64,000 bases of DNA, from NCBI GenBank assembly GCA_964057225.1, contig OZ059895.1, positions 14,942,001 to 15,006,000 on the forward strand. Reading direction: 5' to 3'. The translations under genes were made by a program, and so were the position numbers. Source of the stretch: Auanema rhodensis. Taxonomy: Eukaryota; Animalia; Nematoda. Shown piece by piece: positions 40,604 through 53,353 of this stretch (its first letter is position 1; every line of letters starts with the position of its first letter). The notes below the pieces were generated by a model. That model worked only from the letters and a program-made list of their open reading frames with translations, was not told the DNA's origin and did no database searches.

Positions 40604-43567
40604 TAATCTTCCCCACTTGTATTGCTTGCCTTTTCTGAAAAAATAATAATAAAACTTAGTTAAGAATGATGAATAAATTGCCTAATGATACGCCCTCATC
40701 TTCGGTTTCTCGACTTGAACGACTAGATGTTAATGAACACACTTTCTTGGTTTCTTTTTCTTTAAGAATAATCTGAAAACAAATAACAAATAGTTAGAAC
40801 AAACTTGAAACAACAAGCTTAACCTCTTCTAAAATAGTATTATATGTGTCACTGGGATAGATAGACTTCAATGACTTTATTTCCTGATCCAAATCTGTCT
40901 TCTCCCTGGAAATACAAGTAAACTTCCAATAAAAATCAGGTTTTAGTCTCACAAAGAAAGTTTGTACTCTATCTCTTCAAGCTTTGAAGACAGCAAGGTT
41001 TGTTGTTGTATCAAGTCCCGAACACGTTGTAAAGATCTCTCCATTGAGCCCAAGGCCTTGAAAGAAATGAATAAAGGAGGCCACGACAAATGGGCTTACT
41101 TGATTGCAACCACAATTCATAATATTAAGTGGCGGAACTAGATCACCGGATGTATAAGCTTCGAACTCTAAGCGATCCATTTTCAAACTTTCATGATTCA
41201 TGTCTTGAACAAATTGGAGAGCACATGACAGATTCGTGAAAAAATATCCTGAAACACCAAAAAAAATTTAAAAACAATTGGAAAACCGAATTTTACCTGA
41301 TTCACCACTCATAACTCGTGATGCTAAAGCAAAGCGACTAATAAATTTTAAATTAGATTGAATAAGCGGAGGATTTCCTTTAAGGAGCACATAAATTAAC
41401 ACCGGGAGAAATTCATCAGCACTAGTAGGAGCATCTAGAAATAGAACATATTTTATGAGCAAACTCGGAAATGTTGAACTCACTTGATTCTTTTAAAGCT
41501 TCGAAAATTTTATGAGAACAGCTGACCAGGCAATCGAGTTTTTCTCGAACTGCACGTTTACTATTAATATCAATCATCTCTGATATGGCATCATCCAAGT
41601 GATCACGGACCTATAAAAATCAAAAAATTGTCTGGAAGACAGGAAAACACTATGATGTACCTTTTGCATGGAGAAATCAAGCTTTGTCTCCAGAAAACCG
41701 GCAGTAACCCAGTTCAAGGATCTGATTCGGTCCTGCAAAGACAGGTCCGCAACTTCTTCATCGGAACTGCAAAAAAAGTAATGGAAAAACTGAGTTCAAA
41801 TATTACTTACCTAGCACAGAAAAGATGATTATAACAACAGATGCATACATAGGTCTCAACTTCTTCGATGACATCCTGAGCTTTAATCGACGATTCTATA
41901 AAAGTTAGATAAGATGACACCAGCCATCATATATTCCTACTCTCTTGGCGAAAATATGGAGTATTGTTGAGTTTCTCCAACAGATATTGATAAAACTGCT
42001 GAACCAATTCAGATATATCGTCTGGCGAAAATCGCAGCTAAAAACAATTAAAAATGAGAAAAACACTGAAAATCATATCCGACCTCGTGAATTTTATTAA
42101 CAGCTTGTTTTGTTTGTCGTGTAACTTCCTGAACAATAGCTGTAGGCAACTTCGTTACCAAATAATCTGCCAATTTTTCTCGTGCTGCTTTACTATCAGG
42201 ACTCAGCTGTCTAACTCTGAAACAAATTCAGATATGTTTCTCAAGGTTGGTCTCTGATTTCCAAAGGTTTTTGCGGCAGGCAGTCCCCAAAAATACATAT
42301 ATACAACTCGCCACTCAAGCCAAATATATATATATATGTGTGATTAACTAGTAATTCTTACTAAACACAATGAGTAGGTCAGATAATTAAAAAATTGTTA
42401 GAAAGAGAAAAATTTTAATTAGCAGCTTGCGCTGTATTAACTTATCAAAAAAATTAATTTTTGCTCGCTATACAAATCGAATAAGACACTTTCAATTGTA
42501 TGAGTTGATCTCACTTCCCTCTTCGCACTGGAAATTAAAGTATTTCTCAGTAGTTGAAGAACTCTAGTACTATGCCAATTACGAAGATAAACGGATAATT
42601 TATTTATAAAATCCGCTATCACGTGACTTCAGTGATAGAAAGAGAAAGAGAGAGTAAGAGATACAGAGTATGCGTAAGCTATTCGCTTATTCATAATGCT
42701 GACGCTTGGGTTTTGGTTATGGTTGACCAAGAAAAACAGAAATTCACGAGACAAGCGAGTGCCATCTCGCACGAAAAACTTGAGAAAAAGCCCAATGTAT
42801 CTCGGAAAACTTTGAAAAAAGTGCAAGCGTGAACTATGACAACAACCACGACAAAACAAAGAAAATTAGAGAGTGAATATATTAGGAATATTTCAAATTG
42901 CTTTTTTTTGTTAAGAGTGGTAAAGATTAAAAAAGAAATGTAGAGAGAGAGAGAAAGATTAAACTTACGAAAATTGCTATAAACGAATGATTGTCAAGTG
43001 AATAAGCAATTAGACATTAGCAATTATCTTACTTTCAAGTTCTAACGTTCAGTTTTTAATCACAGGTTACGAATGAACAAGTAGTTTATACTATAAACAC
43101 TAACCTTGAAGGAGAAACTTGAGGTACTGATTGCTGAGCAGAATCAACTGATGGTGAGGATGTTAAAGTAGGAGATTTCCAAATTTTCTTAAACGTGAGT
43201 GAACGGCTCTCGGTTGAAAGTTTTCGCCTTTCTTGAAAGCTATCAAAGCTTAACAAAGTCCTATGAAAAAAAACAGGTAAATGAGTTACTTTGAAAAACA
43301 AAAAAACCTATTTTTAGCAAAATCCAAATTTCTCTTTTCAAGAATTTGATGATGTCTCCAACATTTTGAGCATCTATTTCCCCATTGGGGAGTTCCAAAA
43401 AATCCGCAGCCATTTACACAAAGCTGGAAAGCAATCAAAGATAAGAAGAAAAATATAGAAGTTACCAAGTCTTTCTCGCTGATTTGAACCCTAATTCTCT
43501 TATTCTCGTCTGGCTCTTCTACTTCAGTTGAAGCAGAAGCATGGCTTTCTTCTCTGTACACAGACAT
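40604..43567 (-). CDS. rabx-5: Rabex-5 (A20 zinc finger plus VPS9 Rab5 GEF), multi-exon
   Basis: A20 Zn[26 protein letters not shown]9 motifs [44 protein letters not shown]. The 3' end is approximate. Confidence 0.92.
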
Positions 43568-44580
43568 GGCGCTGAAACACAATGGAATAAATTCAATTGA
43601 TATGAAAGTAATAGGTTCAGAAAGATATTGGTGGGGGGAAACAAGAACGAGAACTAGATGATCTTCACTAATATTCGGCAAGAGCACACAGCTCAAACTA
43701 GACGAAGAAATGGCAAGAGAAGTGGAGTCGTTGGCTCCAAAAGTCCATGAGGCGGCATTGTATAAAAGGACATATGTCCTCTAAGTACGTGCAAGAGCAG
43801 AAATTTCAAATAAACTGAGCAAAAGACCAAGAATAGAAAGGTAAAAACGGTAAATGAAGGTTCGATGAATTCAATTTCACAATTTCTGATCATTAATTTA
43901 GTATAGAGAGAATCAGCATAAACGCCAAAAAGCAAAAAACTAATGTAAACGAAAAACAAATTCTGAGGGAGCAAAACAAGAACGAGTGGCAAGACAAACT
44001 AAAGGAGGCCTGTCCGGCTATCAGCCAGGGACACGCCCAAAACAAAAATAAGCCTAGTATAGAGGATACACAAAAAGAAACGGATGAGACAATGAAGCAG
44101 AGATAAGCGGTCTCGGGTAACGGTAATAAAGTGACAAGTATAATTGATTTTATCAATAAAAACTCACTTAACACAATCCGATGGCAGGATATCTATGCAA
44201 GGCACATCTAAATTGAAAATTGATTGATTAAGCGATGAAAAACAGTATAAGCGATAAGAAGTGTCTCGAACACGCAGTGTGATATCGATTACAAACTAAG
44301 AAATAAAAAAAATCTTTAATATTCTCTAACAACCTACTTAGACGTATATCACAAAACATTAATAATAAAGATATACGAGAGAGATAATTCACCTGAAAAT
44401 CCATAGAAGGCACAAGAAATAATGAGCAAACTAGGATTACGGCAGATAGAACCGCCACAAATACCGGCAAGTTAACAAGTTCTTTATATGTACAATGGGA
44501 TTTGAAAACAGAAATTACTATCTAACCAAAAACCCAAGGAAATGCAGAATACGATTCATAATCATACTAAAAAACATCTT

Positions 44581-45770
44581 CTAATTTCCCAAAACTCTGG
44601 CAATTACTTCAGAGCAATCATCGGATAAACATTTATCACTCAGCCAGGAGTGAAGCTCTTTCTTATACTCCTCCTTCTTGCAAGCAGTTGCGATGAAGGC
44701 ACGTGCTTCATTAGGCTGTTCAAGACGCATGTAATGAACAATCATGTAGAAAGCTGCATCACTGTCGGCTGAAATTAATGCAACTCATGAATATCTCAAC
44801 CTTGTGCTGAAAGTAAGTTTTCAACCTCGTTTAGCCGCCTCTTTCATCCACTTTAGGGATAATTCCTCGTCTTTCTCTGTTCCTTCCCCTCTCAAATAGC
44901 AGAGAGCCAATGAATACATGGAAGCAGCATGACCGAGCTCAGCAGCGTCAGCCCAATTATAAAAGGCCTGCAAATAAAAAGTATGAGATAGGTTTAGCTG
45001 GAGAAAAAAACTACAAACCTCAAGCTTGTTCGATGTTATTCCAATCCCGTAGAACAGACAATCACCGTAGTTGTACATGGCCTCAACGTTTCCATGTTCG
45101 GCAGCATTTTTGAATCTAAAATATTGACCTTTTGTTTGGTTTGATGGAGGAATGTTTGCCTTCGAACAGCTTCAGTTCGCATGCCAGTCTCCATCAACTC
45201 CTCGCCAATTTTATTCTCTAGGTCCCAAGCGAGTTCATCTAATCGACCCACCCCATCCGAGCTTTTACCATCACCTGTGACATCTGTTTGACAAGACACC
45301 TTCAAGAAAGAATATTACATTTTAATTCAAATTGCTTGGTTCTTACTTCCGCTGATTTGCAGAGAGTTTTACTAACTTTTCTTAGATTCTTGGAACAAAC
45401 AGAACCATTTGATATTGGCTTCAACGAATTATCAAGAACCTCGAACGAATACTGTAAAAAAGCCGTACAATTACGAAAAAAAAACAAAGAAACAAACCAA
45501 ATATGGATTCGAGAGATTTGGATTGAAATGAGTCGCTTGATTATTAGGATTGAGTAAATTGAATAGAGGGATCACAGCATCAATCAAACGGCTAAAACTA
45601 TTATTAAAAATAAACAGAAAAAAATGATAAAAAGTTGCTAACCTGGTAGGGGTAGAGGAAGGGTTCTCCTCTTCGTTTTCGTTTTGGGAAGTTGTAACTT
45701 GGTGAGGAAGAGTAACCAAACGAGGACTGTTTCTAAGGATATTTGAGAGTGCTAAACGTTGAACACTCAT
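44581..45770 (-). CDS. Sel1-repeat protein with a mitochondrial presequence-like N-terminus (DELE1-like), multi-exon with one GC-AG intron
   Basis: MSVQRLALSNILRNSPRLV..., then Sel1 repeats ENKIGEELMETGMRTEAVRRFKNAAEHGNVEAMYNYGDCLFYGIG and WADAAELGHAASMYSLALCYLRGEGTEKDEELSLKWMKEAAKR. The Sel1 call is secure; DELE1 orthology is tentative. Confidence 0.75.
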
Positions 45771-47608
45771 GCTACGTTTCTAAGCAGTCATATCTCGTCT
45801 AAACTACTTCTACCTAGGATCAAAATTATATTAAAATAATAACTGTCAATAAAATATAAAACGACGAAAAAGCGAATTAAAGCTGACCATTAACAGTGAA
45901 TAGAGAAAACGAATAAATAACTACTGGTGAAAAAAATATTATCGGAAAAAAGAGATGTATGACAAAAAGCAAAGTCACACGACACATTATCAATGATACC
46001 GTTAGGTTCAAAGATCAATAAAGAACAAAACATTTAATTCAATACAATATTATCTTATAGATGCATTCGTGACATCCTAAAATTAAAGAAGTTTATTTTT
46101 CTAACACAATTAAGACAAAACGAATCGAAATAAGAAGACGTTGCATAGTATAAGCTGGAACACTCCAGGCCAGGGTTTCGCGATGTAGCAGACAAAATTG
46201 TCATTGGAGCGATCCTTAGTTTGTTCAAACTGAGTAATGACTAAGCATTAAACATTTATGACTTTTGTGCATATACTGCGAAAGAAATAATTAATTTCGT
46301 AAGAAGAAAAAGGAAGAAGAAGTTTTTGTGCGAAAGTCCAGACACTTCTACTCTTACATGAGTCAAAATTGAAAATTTTAAAGAAAATGAAAACGACAGC
46401 ATTACTGATAACGCTACTGATCAGACACTGCGGCTCCGTAAATATTGCTTGGCTGTTTGTAAAGTTCATTTTGATCGGTAAAACCAACAATATGAAACTG
46501 AACTCTCGACTTTCTCGCAACAATCATATCAAATCGAAGGTTTTAATCTCGTTTTAGCGTGTTCTATCATATCACTGATCTCCTCGTCATCAGCTGGCTG
46601 CAGCTTCATCATCATCATCAACATTATGGTCATCTCAACATCTCTCAGCAACATCGGTCTCTAGCTTTTCAGATACAACCAAACACGGTATTGCAATCCG
46701 GTCCATGAAAACATCTTCGTGATGAAGTCAGCCTTTCTTCAGCTTTCATCCATATCTTTGAAGTCTATCTTACCGACCTTGAGGCTTCATCTCCTTATCA
46801 AGCAGCTTCTCGCATCGTATAACACCTTCAATATCAGTCGTACAGAATGCTTGAAGCTGATGAAGTCACAACAATTCTTGTCTCCATGAATAGTCGCCAG
46901 TTAGCTTTCTTCTACTAACTAGATGATCTAATTCAGTTGATGAATTCTAGCTTATTCAGTCTTTTTATAGATTTTAATCTTGTTTTTAATTTTCTATCTA
47001 AATATTTTTATATGATTTGAAGAAATTTATACTGTAACTTTAACCCTTCCGCATATAATATTCCATTTTCATCATATAATTTGCATTTTCAAGCTTTTTT
47101 TCCAACTTTCCCATATGTCACATGAGCTTTTCCGGTCTATTCTTCTTCAGTCCTTTCATCTCCTTTCACCTCCTCATTGCAACTTCTATGGATTTATAAT
47201 TTCTCATTCTCAAGGTCATTTTAACTGGAAATGTTTGATTTTAAGTTTCAAGACAATTGAATGCAAATTTGAGTTTCAAAAAAAAAAAAAAAAGGAAAAA
47301 ATTTAAAAGCTAGTGAGGCTGTCTCATAAAAATGTACATTTACATGAGTTAGGTTGACATACAATACGACATGTTTTTCAAAAATGGCCCCAATAATACT
47401 TGAGCACGCATGCTCTTCAGTTGTCCTTTTTTCCTCTTTTCCAATTGGAATTTATAAAAATTATGCCTTACACCAGTGTTTCGGATAAGGAGTTAGACGC
47501 ACTTTTGAGGAACATGTCAACTATTTCTATGAAACAACAAGAGCAATCTCTTTCATATACTCTTTCTCCACCTTCTCACTCTCTTTATCTTCTACTCATT
47601 CTCTCTCT

Positions 47609-47660
<52 letters not shown>

Positions 47661-50600
47661 TCTCTTTCTGTGAGATGTTTGCAAGATTAGATCTACTGAG
47701 GCAGCTGGAAAGATGTTTTTGAAAGCAAAAAAGAGATAACTGGGGGGAAAATAAGCAACCTTGGCATAGCTGAACGCAATTTTTGTTGGAAGTTTTCTTC
47801 GTTTTGACGGAAATCCTTGATCAGTCTCGTGACCATCCAAGACCTTCCGTGGAGTGAGGAAAGGGATCAAAGATTTCCATAAAAAGCTGGAAAAGCTGGA
47901 TGACGGACGACAAAAGGAAATACGAAATTGTCACCAAATCGAGCTTTTTTTCATGAAAAACGTTTAACCGGCAGATCTCAGACTTACAGCAGAGATGGAC
48001 AGTTTGTCCCGTCCTTGAGCTTGTCATCAACAAGAAGCATCAGCATGTGCAGAGATAGTAGCTAGGCTATCTATGATTGCAATAGATACTACAGGAGGCC
48101 AGGCAGACTGCTGAGAGACATTTCATCAGATCATATATATGGACACAGAAACAGGGACGATTTCCATACGTAGTCTTCATTCCCATCTTCCTCTACTACG
48201 CTATTCGTCAGTTTCTGTCTTACCCTGTTCGATTGCTAATCATTCAAGTTCTTCCAATATAGGGTGGTCGAGGCTGCATCATCACAACTCTCCCCCCCCC
48301 CTTTTCTTATTGCGTTTTCCAACCTATTCGTTATCGTTTCTGTTACGTAACTGATCAAGCAGGCCATATAGCAAAAAACCGGAAGATTATACTACAGATA
48401 ACCGGCTTGTTATGACTTTTTCCATTTCGTGTGACACAACTAGCTCTTTCCTAATATCCTATATGGGTGCTATCACGCTCACATGTGTATGTGTTTATGT
48501 ATATTGGATGTACATATGTGTGTATGTCTGTATCGGGATATATGTACATATATGGAGAAGAGAACACAATATTGAGTAATATTCTTTGATCCGTAAAAGA
48601 CCGTTCACACTTACAATGCTACTACAAGGCTTATTGCCCATACACAACTAGGTTAACAGATGCTTAGTGTCATATAAAGACACACATTTACAGGCTTCTA
48701 GAGCTAATTTGATGTCTTTTTTAAAGGAAAAACGTAATGTTATTTCCAATCAACTGCACATTTTACGTGGAAAGCAATGCTTTAGACAGTTTTCTGAAAA
48801 TGAAAAACACAATCTTATTCTGAGTCATGCTCTTGCTCATTGGCTATAGGCAATTGTACTGCTTCGTTTGTCTGTTTTTCATATTTTTCTGACCACAGGC
48901 TAGTTAGTTAGCTGCAAACGGCTACAGCCCAGCTCCAACAACACACCTCTACATGTGGAGCGAATAATCAGAAACAAGAGCCTTCAGGCAAGCAGTAACA
49001 GCACCAGTATCTATACCCATAAACAAAGCTTCAAATACAATTTATTTCCCATACAAAGTTCTTGAAATGAACTGAATAGCAGCAGGCAAGTAAATTGAGC
49101 TGAAAAGAATTCATTTCTATTGGAAATAGGTGGAGGGGTTAAAACTGTCTCTTTTCAAAATTCACGCCCTAATATCGTCGATATGTTTGTACAGCTTATG
49201 AGAGTGTTCCTGTGATCATTAAAATCAGAAAACAAACATTTTTAGCTCATTTTGGATAACATATCACCTGATATATGTATCAGAAACATGTAATTTATAT
49301 TTTAGTTGGCTAAAAATCTCAATTCTCAACTACGTTTCCGCCGAAAACAAATAGAAAAAAAAAAGAGATGGGGACAACTATATTTCATAATCCATCATAT
49401 TATACCGATCGATCTATTGTATGTCTTTCTTTACATACCTGAACACATCAGCTTATACATCTAGCTCAAAGCTTCATCTATATTGAATTAGCTTTTTGCG
49501 TTTTTTTGCATTTTGTGAAATCTTACAAGATTACGAGAATGAAATACAATGTTCATTACAAGTATCGTATTGTGGTCAGATGTTGAGAGAATATGTGTAT
49601 GTATATGTACATATAAGTAAGAAAAACTAAGAATAGTATATCCGAAAAACAAGAATACGATCATGGCGACACTATGCTATCCTGCCTGCCTGCATGCCTG
49701 CCTGCTTGCCTGCTTCCAAACAAGAGAGAGCTAAACAGCCCTGTATTTTTTAGACCAATGGTCAGATGGCTATTGGTGAACCAAAAAAGTGAAACTGAAG
49801 CACGCTTCAAAGCTTCTCTTCGGCCATAACACGTCGTATGTAGTATTATGAATGAATAATAATAATAATAAGATATATGGATAAAATAAAGGAAAGGAAA
49901 GGAAGGGGGGGGGGGGGTTGAGAACAACCTATGCATGAACATATATGGGTAAATAGAAATAATAGATGTATAAATGAATTATATATATATAATATATATA
50001 TATATAGTTAGATGTTTTTCTTTGAATAATAATAATAATAATTAAATATATATGTATAATCCATTATATCTTTTGTTATTATGTTTATATATTTATTCAA
50101 ATAATCTTAATTGGCGCGTTATTCGTGTTTTTTCTTATTCCACGTAATCACGTGAAAAAGTAAACATAAAGCTAACTGATGTCATCAATTGCAATTGCAC
50201 TTTAAGCATCAAACGTTTGTTTTATCTTCAGAAAAATAAACTCGTATGTATGTATTTCCATTTAAAATAGTAGGAAGTAATTGAAAAAAGTAAACAGAGG
50301 AAGATAATATGCTTTTATGCTGTCTGCAATATTGTGGCATGCTTAAAGTTCAAATGTTGTACTTGTGGTAGCTGATAGACTATAGAGAGAAGATGTATAC
50401 ATACACAACACAATCTCCTCTCAAAAATTTTTGTCCTTTTTTATCAAAAAGAAAAGAAAAAAAAGCTGTAATTTGATGTCATGTGAGTGTATGTTATTCA
50501 GCATCATTATGCTTTCTTCCAAGCCTATACAGCTTATTCAGTCATAATAAGCTGTAAGCATTTTGGTTTTAATATCAATTATATATTTAGAAAATATAGA

Positions 50601-51157
50601 TTGATATTGCAATTTCAAAAACTTTAAATAATATAATAAACGGGAGAAAAATGGGAAAAACAATATATATAGATAACTAGAAAATAGTTAAAAGATAAAA
50701 GTAATACTGTAAACTGAAAGTGATGGATCTCTTTCTATGTATAAAGAATGAATTTTATACATTTTTATAATCTAATTCTTATTTTTAATATTATTAAAAT
50801 ATTTTAAAATTAATAATAAAAATAAAGATGATAATAATATTTCTAAAAAAGGGGAGAAAGAGAGAGAGTTGATTATGGTAATATAAACTTAAATGATTGT
50901 CTACTATTGTAAATATTGATAAGATTACTTGTGTGATTCTATTTTTAACTTTGAAAACTTTCTTAATTCTTATCCAAATTTTATTCTTATTATTTTCTAA
51001 AAACAAATGAGAAAAAGAGATTAAAAATATTAAAAAAAGACTGATTGGAATCAATCAACAATCAATGTATGTGATATACATAGAGGTCTACACCAAAATT
51101 TGCACAGTTTTTGTGATAATTTTTAGTTGAACGACACATTGTTGTTTTGCTCGGTTA

Positions 51158-51315
51158 CAGTTGAACTTTTTTTCATTTATTTGTATAAGCTTATACATAA
51201 TGATTAGAAAAGTACAAATAAAAAGAAAAATGAGTAGCAGATATATAAGAGTTATTCTAAATTTGGATATTTAATAGCACAAAGTACTAAAAGCTGTGAG
51301 AAAAAAGTTCAACTG
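51158..51315. mobile_element. Candidate ~158-bp MITE remnant
   Basis: Perfect 15-bp inverted repeats cagttgaactttttt / aaaaaagttcaactg. A TA precedes the left end but not the right. Confidence 0.4.
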
Positions 51316-51641
51316 ACAGAAGATGCGGGAAGGCACAGTAGATGAGAAGGACCGCCGAGAGAGGGAGATATGAAAAATGGAAACGTGAAAAAGAAAAAAA
51401 TTAATAAAAGAAGAAATATTTGATCAAAAGTTAGCTGTGAATCAATTCATAATAACAAAAAATATGAAAATGGCATTTTAATGGAGAAAAGATCAAACTT
51501 TAAATGTTAGCCGACATTAACCTGTCCAACTTTTTGCTCTTTTTTTTCTATAAATTTTTGATGAAAACTCGGGAATAGCATTAGAACTAGAGAGATTAAC
51601 TCGTAAAAATAAAAATAAAAGCTTTTCCTCTTCATACTTTT

Positions 51642-51642
<1 letters not shown>

Positions 51643-51700
<58 letters not shown>
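51643..51700. repeat. (CT)n microsatellite, ~29 units
   Basis: Read directly from the sequence. Confidence 0.95.
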
Positions 51701-51702
<2 letters not shown>

Positions 51703-53316
51703 CTCCCTTTTTGCCTTATATTCTTTATATAAATCTCTTAGTACATTCAGAATTGTTGTGCTTTAACCATTGTGATCACCTTAAGTACAGATTCTGATTT
51801 AACGCCAACGTATGTATAACTCTATGACTTATCATAGTTGTAAATTGAAAAGACTGGTCAACTAGTACGTTCGCCCTTAGGACATCTATCTTTCCAATTT
51901 CGGAGGAAAAACAGGTCCATAGATTAGTTGAGACGGCTTAACACACCTAGGTTTTCTTGTATTCAACTAGACGAGAATTGCGTAACATTCGATTTTCCTA
52001 TTTTTAGTCATTAGATGAAGAAGACAACGACACTGATGTGAGTGACAGAAAGAACAAGATATTGAAAGGGAAAGAGAGAGAGAAACAGAGAGAGAAAGAG
52101 GAAGAAAAGAAGAGAGAAGAGATGAATAAGAATGAATTGAGACTATGTTGATAAGAGAAGGATACAAAAGAATAATGATGATGTAAGAACAAGATATCAT
52201 ATCTCATATCAAGCTTTTACGATTTTCAAAATAATTTCAAATTAAGCAATTCGTTAGGCCCGACTACTCCCGAAGGAGAAATTTTAACAATAAAAAAAAT
52301 CGAAAATAATTTTACAAATTAATCAAAATTACCCCATTACTATTTTATTTTTCAATTGCAAATTTGATCAATTAGTCATGTTATGAGTCTAAATGTGTTT
52401 ACTATACCTTTTGAGCAATTTTGAATGGTTTTTTTTCATTCTCTCCAACAACATTTGAGATGAAATCGTGATTTTTAACACAACAAAAGCTCTAATCTCA
52501 ATATAAGCTATGTAAATCTGAAAAGGTTTAACAAGGTCATTTCTAATTCGAACGAATCAAAGTTTAGTTTGTTTTACAACCGGTCTTTGCTTATGCACAT
52601 GTGAAAAATGAAATAATACACTCGCTTATACACACACATACACGTACAGTCGCACGTCTACATACATATCACGTATAAGGCCATATACACGTGTGTGTTT
52701 TCACGTAATACCACGTGGTAGTATCATATCATGCTAATTAGTTCAAGTGAAAAGATTCAAAAGGAGCATGCTGGTAAACAAATTTCATTAAAAAATAAAT
52801 AAGAAATATTGTTCATCTAAATCTATCATGAGGGATTTACATACATAGCATATGCATGTGTAATTTTCTTTTCTTTTTTTTTTTGAAATTTTTTGGAACA
52901 AACACTGCTACAAGGCCAATCATCCAGTTAAACAAGATGCCCATGTATTGTATTATGACGATTCAGAAGATGACTTTATCGTCGTCGTTGTCGTTCACAC
53001 CGTGCATCCTCAGCCGGTCTTGCTTTTCGACGGACAGAATGATTGCTTGTTGATCGGTTGTCGTTTATGGCCAGTAACTTGTACAGGCTTTTCCATAAAA
53101 GAGATTTCATTCCTCCTCTTGAACGCATTGTAGTTGCTGCCTTGCCTTGTTCACAATTGCAAATCCAGAACGAGGCAGCTTCATCAGTATGTATCTTTCC
53201 CCCTTTCTTCACCATCTCACAACGGCCAGCTTCCTTTTTCGTATTTCTGCATTACTCTACATGGTTAATACCATCATCCTAATCTTCTGTTGTACTGTCC
53301 TTATCATTGCTTCTCC

Positions 53317-53353
<37 letters not shown>

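Noticed and set aside
46163-46209. Possible hammerhead ribozyme (closing stem plus CGAAAC on the minus strand)
   Set aside because: The CUGANGA core is absent; other CTGATGA sites checked lack stem II and GAAA.
49905-49917. G13 homopolymer as a G-quadruplex fragile site
   Set aside because: Shorter than the ~15 G needed for a three-tier intramolecular G4 from a pure G run; ordinary simple repeat.
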